DNA of 64,000 bases, taken from positions 9,176,001-9,240,000 of the forward strand of contig CM035352.1 in assembly GCA_020137815.1 (NCBI GenBank), given 5' to 3'. A program made the position numbers and the translations under genes. The notes below the pieces were generated by a model. That model saw only the letters and a program-made list of their open reading frames with translations. It was not told the DNA's origin and did not search any database. Shown piece after piece: positions 1-11,400 of the stretch. Source of the DNA: Hormiphora californensis (Eukaryota; Animalia; Ctenophora). Every line of letters starts with the position of its first letter. Position 1 is the first letter of the stretch.

Positions 1-95
1 CCATGGTTACACATTGTGACGGGGTTAGAGGATACCATGGTTACACATTGTGACGGGGTTAGAGGATACCATGGTTACACATTGTGACGGGGTTA
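1..95. repeat. 34-bp minisatellite (ccatggttacacattgtgacggggttagaggata)n
   Basis: About 2.8 tandem copies read directly. Confidence 0.9.
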
Positions 96-99
96 CCAT

Positions 100-3000
100 G
101 GTTGTTACTTAGCCTAAAGTAAATTTATATGATATGAACAAGTATTTTCTGTATCTCTACTGTCAATGCGATGCCTGGCAGTATCTCTAAATAGTAAATT
201 ACTAAGTAATGGTTGTTTCGTGGGTGTTCCTATGCAATGTGACCCAAATGTGACCCAAATGTGACAGATAAAGATGATACCTTCACAGTCCTACTGATCT
301 TATTATTATCTTTATGAAATAACAATTTACTAGTCTTTAAATAGTCGGACACAGTAAAATAATCACAGAAATATCTACTCTTCTTCTCCCTCCAATCACC
401 CAGCTCCCTTTGTACCAGTAAAAGTAGTAATTTTACTAACACAAAGAAACCCAATCAAGAGACAAGAACACCCCGGACCTTTCTTCTCCCCCCTCCCTCC
501 CCAATCCCCCTTCTGTCTTCCAGAAAGAGATGTAGCGGTGGAATTCTAGCTCTCTCTCTCCACCCTTCCCTCAGACCTCTGTATCCCAGCAAGAGCGGTA
601 GCAGTCCCCCTTCTCCCCCGGAACCCTCTCTCCCAGCAAGAGCGACATGTGACTGGGAAGAAAAGAGCACCCAGACCTCTCTCTCCCAAAAAGGGTTGGA
701 CATATGACTGAGGGATTATTTGTTGTTATTGGACCACTAACTGTTAGATCTCTCAACCCACTGTCATGTCGAGATCCTGTCCTTGAGGAGGGACGAGGCA
801 CTTAGCGGCCCGTTACTGATAGTTTAATACTTAAAAAAGGGGAGGAGAGAGAAGAGAGAGAGAAGAGAGAAGAGAGGAAGCGAGAGGAGAAAAGAAAGAA
901 GAGGAGAGAAGGAGAGAGAGAGCGGGAAAAAGAAGAGAGAGAAGAGAGAGAGAGAAGAGAGAGAGAAAGTGCAGGACAACAAACGTATGCATCATGCAGT
1001 TTTGGGGGCATTTGCAGGGGATTTCAACTAACAGACTACCCACGCCCCCGCTCAGCTCCTTTCACTTCTAGTTTTGTATGGAAGATTTAACTACAGAATA
1101 CTTACTAGAATACTACTATAAATACTGTAACCGTACCAAAGTACCCCCCCCCCCAACTACTTTGAAAATACTTGGAAAGTAAGAGAAAGAAGAGGACCGG
1201 GGCGGAAGGATCCTGGACAAGTCAGACAATTTCTGATGGAAATTAAATCCTACCTATTTGACAACGTGTTTAATTTGACGAGGACTCAATTTATGATTTC
1301 AATACTCTGAATGTTCACAGTTTATATTTTTCTTTTCAACCATTTTCTCTCTCTCTTTCGTTTCTCGCTATCTCTTTCTCTCTCTATCCGCTGAATGAGA
1401 GGCTCTCCGTGTGCTCCGTCATTTTGTTTGTATTTTATTAGTAAACAAAACTTACATGCTTGAAGGGGGGCAAGAGCAAAACAGGTAAAAAAGCCCTGAC
1501 GGGTATCAATAAAGAGGTTTTTTGTCTCTCTCTGAAGACGTTACCATGTTCATGTGTTACTTGGTGGTGTTCTAAGGTTTTTACCCCATGCTTCCCCCCA
1601 GGGTTAATGGTTACCACATGGTTTATAACCATTGGTTATCCAGGGTTCCAAATGCATCTTTACCCCCCTAAGGGAAATTTTTCCCTCCTTCATAACTGGT
1701 TTTACCACTTCCGGGGCTGTTCAGTGCTGGTCCGAGTTGGATTGTCAAATTGGTAAAATACAGAAGGCTCAAACCTCCGTCCCCCACTGTGGGGGAATAA
1801 AAAGGGATTAAATTTTTTTTTAGTTAAAAATTTTAAAAAACAAAACTATTTTTTAGTTTCAAATTTTTTAGTTCGAATTTTTTTTTTTTCGAAGTTTTTT
1901 ATCAAACGGGAAACATGTTCTCCTTTTTTTTTGGGTTTGTTCCCGGTTTTGGGGATTGTTCGTTCCCAGTGCCCTTTTTATATTTTCCCCCGGGGCCAAA
2001 AAAAAACGGGGGGGTCCCACCCTTTCTCCCAAATTTTAACTTCCTCACCTATATTTTGACAAATATTTTTATGGGTTCCTTTCGAAGAACCCGGGATTTC
2101 ACCCCTCTAATAAAATTTCTTTTTTTCCCCCGAAAAACTTAAAATGAACATCAAAAGGGCCAATTTGGGTCCCAAAGTTTCACAATTTGTTTGGCTATCG
2201 ATTTTCTTTCGAACCGACCATTTGAGCTTAAATTGGATCACCACAAAAATCCAGTGACCTTTTTCCAAACCTAGGTTGGGTCAAAGTGTCCCCATCAAAA
2301 TTTTGCTGTTTGCAAAAGAAACTTACAAATTCTAACGGACGCGTATCGGGAAAACCCCCCCCCATTCAATTTGATACTTTTTACCGACCGTTACAAAACC
2401 CCTTTTGCCTTCGTAATGACACTACGTCTCAATGGGGGTCACATGCCAACCTGGTTGAAAATCCAATTGGGCGCTTGGGTGGGGGCCAATTTAGCTAAAA
2501 ATTTTCGCGTTTGAAAAAATGATACCCCCGACGACTGTAAAACCCCTTTTAAAAAAACATTTCTGTTTTCAATTTATCGGATTCATTTCCGTCGGGAAAA
2601 AAGAACTTTGAGATAAGGGGCTAAAAATTTCCCGGGTATTCAACATTGTCAGTCAATGGCCTTACCAAATTTTTAGCGCTGAAATTCCCATTTCTCGTCA
2701 AAAAACGGGTCAAAAACGATTTTCGGTAAAAATAAAAGTTTTTTTTATTGTTATTTCACCCCCCCAAAATTTTTAAATTCAATTTTAATAAAAGCAGATT
2801 GCCATTGTTTTAGTTGTTCTATGCTTGCGGCATCTTACTAATAATGGCAAAACACCCCAAAATTTACCCCCCCCATGCTGTTTGGGGGGGTCCCTAAATC
2901 GTCGTCATCAAGATCAATCACGTAACAATAGCATGCTAGAGCACCCACATGCATGATCAGATCACCCCACTAAGGATCAGATCCCCCACCCAAGATCAGA

Positions 3001-6000
3001 TCATCCCATAGAGGATCAGATCACCCCACCCATGATCAGATCATCCCAGTGAGTATCAGTCCCACATTTCACCCAGTTGTCCACTGTGCGTGATGAGATC
3101 CCCCATATAGAGTGGTAAAATAGACAAAGAAAGTGACGAATGAAATGGTAAAATTACAAAGAGATAGGAGAGAGAGGAAGATAGAGAGAGAAAGGGAAAT
3201 AAGAAAGACGGCGAGTCTTCTCAGTACTGATCGCCACTTCTCGTCCTCCTATCGTGCTCTATCTCTCTCTACTCCTCTCTCTCTCTTTTGCGATCTCTTC
3301 TCAGCGCTCTTCTCCCCCTCTCTCTCTCTCCTCCTCTCTCGCTCTCTCTCTCTCTCTCTCTTCTCCTCTCTCTCTCTTCTTCCTCTCCTACTCTCTCTCT
3401 CTCTCTCTCTTCCTCCTCTCTCCCTCCCTCTCTCCCCTCCTCTCTTTTCTCCTTTTCTTTCTTTCTCCCCCTTAAAGACCTAAAACAGATAAGTTTTATA
3501 GATGTAGAGGCCTTCCTAGATTAAATGAAATGAAGTAAAAAAGACATTTTTCCATCCGTAATGGCCCCGGGTCCACTAGTTTTTTATAGATAAATTGAAT
3601 ATAAACAATAGAAAACCTCAAAAAAACCCGAAAAAATGAAAAATTGAGTTCATTAATGAAGTTGTGAAGTTTTAGAATTGAAAACTCCGGATTCCTCGAA
3701 TGAGTAGGTATACAAAATTGTGTCAAAATATCAGAGTGATAGAAGTTACGATTTGGGAGATATGAGGCTCGGCGTACCCCACGTTTTTTTTGGCCCAGGC
3801 GGTAGTAGTTAGGGGGGGGGGGGGGGGGGCTGCCGCAAAAATCTCAGCTACCCTCTTTTCGGCCGATGAGATTTTTGAGATTTTTGTGTTAAATTGGCAC
3901 AATTTTGGCTGCCAATACTCAGTTTTTCGACATATGTTTTAGCTTAAAACTGAATCATAATAGCAGTTTAGTAATTTAATTAGGCAGATTTCATGTTTTA
4001 GCTTCACATTAACTTTTGTACTAGAACGCAAGGAAAATTTCTATCCAGAATTTTGATTTTTCCCTGCCCGGGTGGATGCCGAAGGCATCCACCCGGATGC
4101 CTTTTTACCTTGTAAAAAGGCATAGCAGGGTTAGAATTCGAAAACGACATTTTGGTATACTAACTAATCGGTAGAGGGACCATTTTGGTCACACTTTCGT
4201 TGCGAGGGGCAACCCGGTACCACCCGGTGTACTTAGCGTAGCAACTGAGCCGCGCGCACAACAACAAGCTGCTCCTTTATCAAAACTTACAATGACACAG
4301 TTTGATGGACGTGTATGCGCACGCCACTCAACAAAACATGAATAGCGCTGCCGCGTGTTTCGCATGTTACCTACATATATTGTCATCTTGCGAGTCGAGT
4401 GTGAGAGGTTAGATAAGTAGTTAAGTTGGAATGTCAAAAGCTGGTTAGCAAGTGTCATGTGAGTAAACTAAGCTATGTGAGAAGTATACTGACAGCTAGA
4501 TCGTATGCATCTCACATACATTTTGACCAAGCCTTGATCCTGTTGACAGTGACACGTGAAACGGGAGGGCAGGGAAACACAGCATTATGAATACATAATG
4601 CAATGATTCTTGTTGGTAGAAAAACACAAGGATTGTTTCTATTCCAAATTTTCGAATGGAAATTTTTCCTTTCTATGAGATTTTTGAGAAAAATTTGCGG
4701 GTTTTCCCCGAAAAATCGCAAATTTGCCTCAAAAATCTCAAAAATCCCACGTTTTTTAGCCAAAAATCGAAAATCTCAAAAATCCCAGCTACCCTGAAAA
4801 TCGCCAATGAGGCATGAGATTCTTGCGGCAGGCCCCCCCCTAGTTAACACGCTGGTTAACGCGTTTTAGAGTGTGGGTCTCGATGTTCCCAACGTCTGCC
4901 TGTGTAGAGACAAGTGCTGCTGCCGTGTGTGTGTGTGTGTGTGCTTCGTCGCAAATCAATCGATTTCGCGGCGGGACAGGCATGCGGGAGATTTGCTGGT
5001 CTGGCAGTCGTGGGGATCATCTGTGTTTCTCCCTACTGTGCAGGATGGCACAGCCATGATATGTTGGCTCTTTTCCTGTTTCATTTATTCTAATTCTATA
5101 TAGTACAAGTTAGCCATTAGCTCTCTTTTTCATTGCCATTACTATCACTATGTATCTATCTCGCACTGTCTCAAAGGTCATGTCACGTCCCTGGCTCAAT
5201 TCAATACTAGGTTTTCAGTACATTGTTGTTCACTTGTTGTTCAGTTGTTGTTCACCTGTTGTTCAGTTGTTGTTCAGGTGGTATCGTCGAAGAGCCCCAA
5301 GTGGTATAGCACTTACTTGACGAATATGAACGCGTTTCTTTTTGGATTGTAGTACTTCCTTCGCAGTTGCTCATTTCCCAGCAGAGAGGTGGGAAACGTC
5401 TTCAATGTTTCATCATAAGTCGTAAAGAGCTAAATGGAAAGTTGCAATAACTGAATCAATAAGTTGCAATAGTGTGCAGTGTCAAGTGTGATTCAATTGA
5501 AAGTTTAAATACGTTAGCTAACAAATTAATTCTACGTTATAACAGAAGAGAGAGCCTATGTAGGTATTTGGATTATATAGACAGGACAGCTCTGCCCGCT
5601 AGACAGGAGTATAACATTCAGACCTGATCTACAATAATAATACCTGTCCAGAGACGATGATGTGGGTGTAGGTTTTTTGTAAGAGGAGTGGGGGTAGTTC
5701 AGGTCGAGTCCAACTGGCAACACTGATTCGGGCTCTACAGCTCTCTGACTCATCTGGGATTACAATACTGAACATTATCAACACAGAGAAATGATTGTAT
5801 TTGCTAATCAGTTAGTTGTGTACCTAGTAACTAATCTCTCATTGATAACTGATCAAGGTACTAGTATTGGTAACTGATCAAGGTATTGGTAACTGATAGT
5901 TAGTGATAGCTAACTAATAGTTAGTGACTAATTGGTATCTATACTTACAGCTGTTTGAAGCGGACGATGATTTCCCGATATTGCTAGTACTGGCTATACC

Positions 6001-6009
6001 GCAAAACAT
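100..6009 (-). CDS. Shaker-family voltage-gated K+ channel, 5' part (N-terminus, T1 domain, S1, S2); continues beyond window start
   Basis: GT-AG exons 6009-5949, 5753-5644 and 5429-5317 join in frame: MFCGIAST...YTHIIVSGQ|LFTTYDETLKTFPTSLLGNEQLRRKYYNPKRNAFIFV. This aligns to the Kv T1 consensus (VVINISGLRFET..TL..FP.TLLG...R..YF.P.RNEYFFDR). An error-ridden exon from 1786 (FE...FYQ) and an exon at 1531-1456 fit the end of T1 and S1. An exon from ~229 (YLVIYYLEILPGIALTVE) fits S2. Confidence 0.85.
3812..4840. mobile_element. Non-autonomous TIR element with poly-G/poly-C termini, hosting a Helentron-like insertion
   Basis: Left end G(n)ctgccgcaaaaatctca, right end tgagattcttgcggcaggC(n); TAGTTA on both flanks. 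Confidence 0.7.
4057..4613 (+). mobile_element. Non-autonomous Helentron (HINE/DINE-1-like), copy 1
   Basis: 5' T-run + tttccctgccc with adjacent hairpins; 3' subterminal gggcagggaaa followed by stem-loop gcattatg-aata-cataatgc and TT; no TSD; second copy at 36064-36436. Confidence 0.75.
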
Positions 6010-6360
6010 GATAACAAAATGACACACACAGGCAGTAGACTCACACACATAGTATTGAAGCAGGAAACCCTGATTAACATTGTGACAATCCAATCCTCAC
6101 CATCCTGCTCTTTCCTCTCTTTCCCCGTGATCTCTCTCTGTCAGGTCAATGCTGTGTCAGTGATCTCTCTCTGTCAGGTCAATGCTGTGTCACAGTGATC
6201 TCGCCGGCTCGCCAAATCACATGAATTCACACCCGACACTCATAGAAGAAGAAGAAGAAGAAAAGGAGCAATTCAAGAGCTGCAGCATCGATACAAATCA
6301 CAGACATATTCAAAGACAGTCAGATGTACAATAAGATACACGCAGTGTAACACATAACGA

Positions 6361-6580
6361 AGTACTAATTACAGATTACAAAAACCTAGGATTCCCGAGT
6401 CAATATAATACTGACTGGGGAACCCTAGATTTACTATATATAGTGTTCTGAACCCAACCCCTGGCACTTGGGATGAATATTGAATTGTAGGTCAGAACGA
6501 TGGGATGAATTTAATTCCCCTTCTTTGCCTTACAGTATGTCCTGAACCCAAGTCCCCAACAGTTCTTAGCTCTTCGGTTG
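6361..6580. repeat. ~220-bp dispersed repeat with strong hairpin, copy 1
   Basis: Near-identical to 8114-8331; hairpin ctaggattccc...gggaa(t/c)cctag. Confidence 0.85.
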
Positions 6581-7031
6581 TTAGGGTGTTGTTAGGGTGT
6601 TGTTAGGGCATGTTTACTGAACACTCAATTTAGGGTTCATTGCCATAGCGCATCTATTGGGACAGCTGTCAGAGTATTGGATAGCTTCAAAGGGAATTCT
6701 ACTGTCCATCTGGTATATATAATGTTCACTCTTTTAGTAACGATCTGTAGAAGGGTGTTACTATAGCAACTGCATCACACTACTATAGTAACTGCATCAC
6801 ACTACTATAGTAGTTTAAGTGCACCACATAGGTCTGGTCAGTTAAGTCTCAGCACGTGTTCCCCTATTAGCTGACAGGCCAATGAGGAGCACCTATTAGT
6901 GCAGCCTTCTTCTATAAGCCTTCTTCTATAGCATGCCTTTATTTTGTAAGAATTATTACTATTCAATAGAGCTTTTGGAATGTATAAATTAGTTGTGTTC
7001 TAGAATAGATCTTTGTATTATTCTCCTAAAC

Positions 7032-7862
7032 GGGGGGGGGGGGGGGGGGGACATGTTAATTGTTAATAAATCACCTCTTTTTTTCGATTTTGTTAATTAA
7101 CGTTAATTAACAAAATTAACAAAATTAACAAATGCTAAAAGACTGCTCTTATTGGTTGATAATACGATTTTAACTGGTTTAATTTTATAGTTTAATGACT
7201 CACCCAACACATATATACCCAAACAAGGCCTTTTCCGATAACCAAAGTCGGACCTACAGGTTTTTGGCTCAAAATCGATAAAAATCCAAAAGTTACAAAT
7301 ATTTCAATTTAGCGTATAAAATCTCACTTTAACGTAATTTTTTCATTGGTAATCGATTCTCTGGACTTGATAAGATGATATACATCGTTTCTGTTGGAAA
7401 AAGAAATAAAATTTTTCCAAAATCAATTTTTTGGTCAGAGGTTGAAAATTTGCTTCGCTACAAATCCTTGTGTTTTTTTAGAAAAATAGATTTTTGGGAT
7501 ATTTTTCGTTTTAAGGTAAATTCATGAGTCTTATTTAGTTTTTAGGGTCGGAAAATGTGGATTAGGGTCATTTGACTTCAATTGCGGTTTAGTTTGGCTA
7601 GTTTTTATTAAGATTTACACAATGGAACAAATCGCTGTAAAAAAGCCGTAGTAAAGGTAGTGGTGGTATGTAAATCGTGCAGAAGGAACAGCTTTGCTCG
7701 CAGAACAAGTGTTAAATACCAAAAATACGTGCTAAAGGGGATTTAGATGGCATAAATGGCATTTGTTAACGTTTGTTAACTTTTTGTTAATTTTGTTAAT
7801 AAATCACCTGTTTTCTCGATGTTAATATTAACAAAGTTAACAAAATTAACATGTCCCCCCCC
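7032..7862. mobile_element. MITE with poly-G/C termini and 8-9-bp TSD
   Basis: G(n)acatgttaat ... attaacatgtC(n); (c)tcctaaac on both flanks. Confidence 0.8.
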
Positions 7863-8113
7863 CTCCTAAACAAATTTTGTGATCTCTAATTTTTTTCAAA
7901 ATTCACGGTGTTAGACATGTAAAAAAGAGAGAGCAGCGTCCTATCCAAGCTCATGCCTCTATGTATGAGCTAACTTTACTATAATAGTTTATACTCCATT
8001 TTTTTTCAACTGTTCACCCCCCAAAGTCGTGTGCGGAATTGTTTTGCGTGTTTATCACATGTTAACGCGTAGCACGCGCCACAAAAATTCTAAATTTCAG
8101 TTTTTTAGTCGGT

Positions 8114-8331
8114 TAAGTACTAATTACAGATTACAAAAACCTAGGATTCCCGAGTCAATATAATACTGACTGGGGAATCCTAGATTTACTATATATATTC
8201 TGAACCCAACCCCTGGCACTTGGGATGAATATTGAATTGTAGGTCAGAACGATGGGATGAATTTAATTCCCCTTCTTTGCCTTACAGTATGTCCTGAACC
8301 CAAGTCCCCAACAGTTCTTAGCTCTTCGGTT
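8114..8331. repeat. ~220-bp dispersed repeat, copy 2
   Basis: Direct near-identical copy of 6361-6580. Confidence 0.85.
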
Positions 8332-8488
8332 CTTTAGCCGAGCATACAAGCTTCGCGAACCATTCGAGCGTACAGCAATTAGCGATTAAAAGACAAACAC
8401 TAATTTCCTATACATCTTAGCGTTGACAATGCTCTAATATTCCCTGTTACTAGGGCTACTAAAATTATTATCATTATTAGCGTTGACA

Positions 8489-11400
8489 ATGATATTCTTA
8501 CCTGTTATCTTGGGACTGCTGATAGTACAAGGCCGTAAGTACAACTTCACATCTGCAATATATTAGATAACGGCAATTACTGGAATGTAACCCTCTCTAG
8601 GTGCGGCTTGGACAACTCGGACCTTAAACTACCTGGAGTTCCCATTCCCCCGATCTACCTCGAATTATATCGCATACTCTGCAACTGTCGGTTAGTATAT
8701 GAATAGTATAACTAAAACTAATATGTACTTTTACCAATTACTGTGGCCGGGTTTTTAATATTACATAATTGGGTACTAATATCAATGGGATTCCAAAATG
8801 TTCAAAATCTCACCTTCATAAACGTGAATGGTGAAAGTTACACATTTTCACTGGTTTTCCTTTTTCTGGTACATATAACCTGAATCATATACGCGGGTAT
8901 GGTTTCATATGAATTAACAAAGTTTTGTTCAGGAACGGATGGTGCAGAGTTTGACTCGTTTTCGGTTTGCGGTTGGATCCGGGAGGAGGGCCATAGTAAG
9001 TTACCATAGTTACCATATAGTTACCATATAGTTACCATAGTTACCATAGTAACATAACTTTCTATAGGTGTTACAATGTACCCGTTTACTTATGGAAAGA
9101 CTGGAGCTGATCTTATACAGATATCTATTTATTCAGATGGACACCTTGGGTTTATTTCTCGTTCCTATTGGTTCAAGACTACAGTGAGTGTGTCCAGCCA
9201 TTAGGGATCAAAGAGAGAAAGAAATTACAAATGAGATTTATGTCGATATGAGATTACAAATGAGATTTATGTCGATATAGTATGATTCTAACAGTTATCA
9301 ACTAGGGGACACTAGCTGTCAGCGATTGGAATCATGTCTGCGTGGTATATGAGAAGTCTAAAGGTGTCACTGCATACCTCAATGGGACAGTAGATGTAGC
9401 GGACCAACTTCCAACTCTAACTGTCGAGTCCGGAGAAGGACATATCGTTATTGGCCAGGTAACACTCCATGCATTACATATAAGGGGTCGGTGGGGGCTG
9501 CCAGGTAACACTCTAATTTGTTAGTAACTATGAACTAATTACTCTTTCAGGAACCAGACGATGGATTTGACCCCTCTAATTATGACAGCAGCCAGGCCTT
9601 CTCAGGCAATCTTTATCAATTTGATATATTCGATTCAGCTCTTTCAACCACTGATGTGGCTCTATTAGCCTCATCGTTGTGCGCACAGGTAAATTCTGTA
9701 CATAATGTACAGTATTATAATAGTTTGCCTGGCTAGACTCTGTTTCGTGCGCCCGCGAAACACAAATGTAAAGGAGGGTTAGAACATAACAAATAGTAAT
9801 TTGTTAAGGGGCTGTTACAAATGATCACCCTCCACCCTCCACCCTCCACCCTCCACCCTCCACCCTCCACCCTCCACCTGTTAAGGGGCTGTTACAAATG
9901 ATAACTCTCCACCTGCAGCTTCCATCTGGGTCGGACAGGTTGGTGAAATGGGAGGACATTCTACAGGAAACTATATACGGCTCAGTGGTGACCTCTCAAC
10001 ATCAATACTGTGAAGTGGATACAGCACTCTCATTTCCAAGTCCCAGCACCGGTGATAACTATATCTACTTCCTTCCTGAGGGTTTCAAGTCCAGTAAGTT
10101 AGCAATGTAATTACTATTTTACCATTTACTATTTTACCATTTACTATTTTGCCAAATATCCAGTGTGCATCCAAAGAGTAAAGGGATCGAACTATAAGAT
10201 GTTCACATTATAACAACACTCATTACTCAAGTTATAATACAGGTACCTCTGTTGACCAGATGACTATGTGTACTTGGATGAGAGGAGTCTCTTGGCAGTC
10301 CCCGTCTTCAGGTATTTTTAGTTTTTATACCACAGATAGCTGTCAGGCCAATGCTCTGACCACAGTTCTCGAGAAACGAGAATGGGTCAGGCCAATGCTC
10401 TGACAGACAGATGGGTTTTACTAGGATAGAGAAGTCAGGACCATGCACCATGTTCTTCACACCATTTTCAGATTACATCTTTGCTACGTACGCTGACACT
10501 CTGTGCTTCTCCATTGATAATTCAGGAAGATTTGGTCTGTGGATGGGATGGATCGATAACACAGAGTACTATGAGGTAACAGTAGTACTACAGCTTAGTG
10601 ATATTACTAATGTAGTAGTGATATTAATCATGGCTCTCTAGATCTTGCTAGTTGTCTTATTGTTGTTTGGTTATCGTTAATCTCCACAGGTACCTCTCAC
10701 CCCGGGTACGTGGTACCACTTGTGCAGTATACTCGACCTAACCTCTAGTGGAATCACTCTATGTGTTAATGGGGACTGTGGTACACCCTCTTCAACTACC
10801 AAATCATCACTTGATCTATCCAACTTATGGGTCGTGTTTGCACAGGTACAATATCACTTGTATTTGCACAGGTACGATACCACTTGAATGAAATACTCGG
10901 TAGTTTGAGTCATAGTGCTATCAAAACCCCCCGTACATGCGAACCAAGCATGTGACGATCTAAATCCCATCTGTCAGTTGGGTACAAAGGTGTCCGTGTT
11001 GTAGCAGCTAATTACTAATTACTAATTACTAATTACTAATTACTAATCAATTGTTTCAGGAGCATGACGGTGGAACAGGAAGTCCATCATTCGAGACCTC
11101 CCAGTCATTTGGAGGCAGTATTGCTAACTTCAACTGGTTTAATGGTGTCTTAACCAATAACCAGATAGTACAACTATCCCTTAATACCACGGTAAGTACA
11201 TTGCATGTGTTACATCATGTGTGTACTCCTTTGAGTCAAATCAAAAGTTATATTTAGAAAAAAACAATCTAAGTTTAAACAATAATTGATACTTTCAGCG
11301 AAAAGTGAAAGAAGCTTGGAGGGATATTACACTATCTGCTGCCATCACTGGAGACATCACTGTGAACATGTGTAGTGATGAGACGATACTCTCCTTTCCA

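Noticed and set aside
3133-3524. Ser/Leu- or Arg/Glu-rich ORFs here and at many other (CT)n/(GA)n tracts
   Set aside because: Microsatellite translations.
5556-5753. ORF-track frame ending NVILLSSGQ seemed to need a non-canonical donor to join the Kv T1 exon
   Set aside because: Another frame (YTHIIVSGQ|gtatta at 5644) gives a canonical GT-AG join, is in phase with the upstream ATG exon and aligns better to T1.
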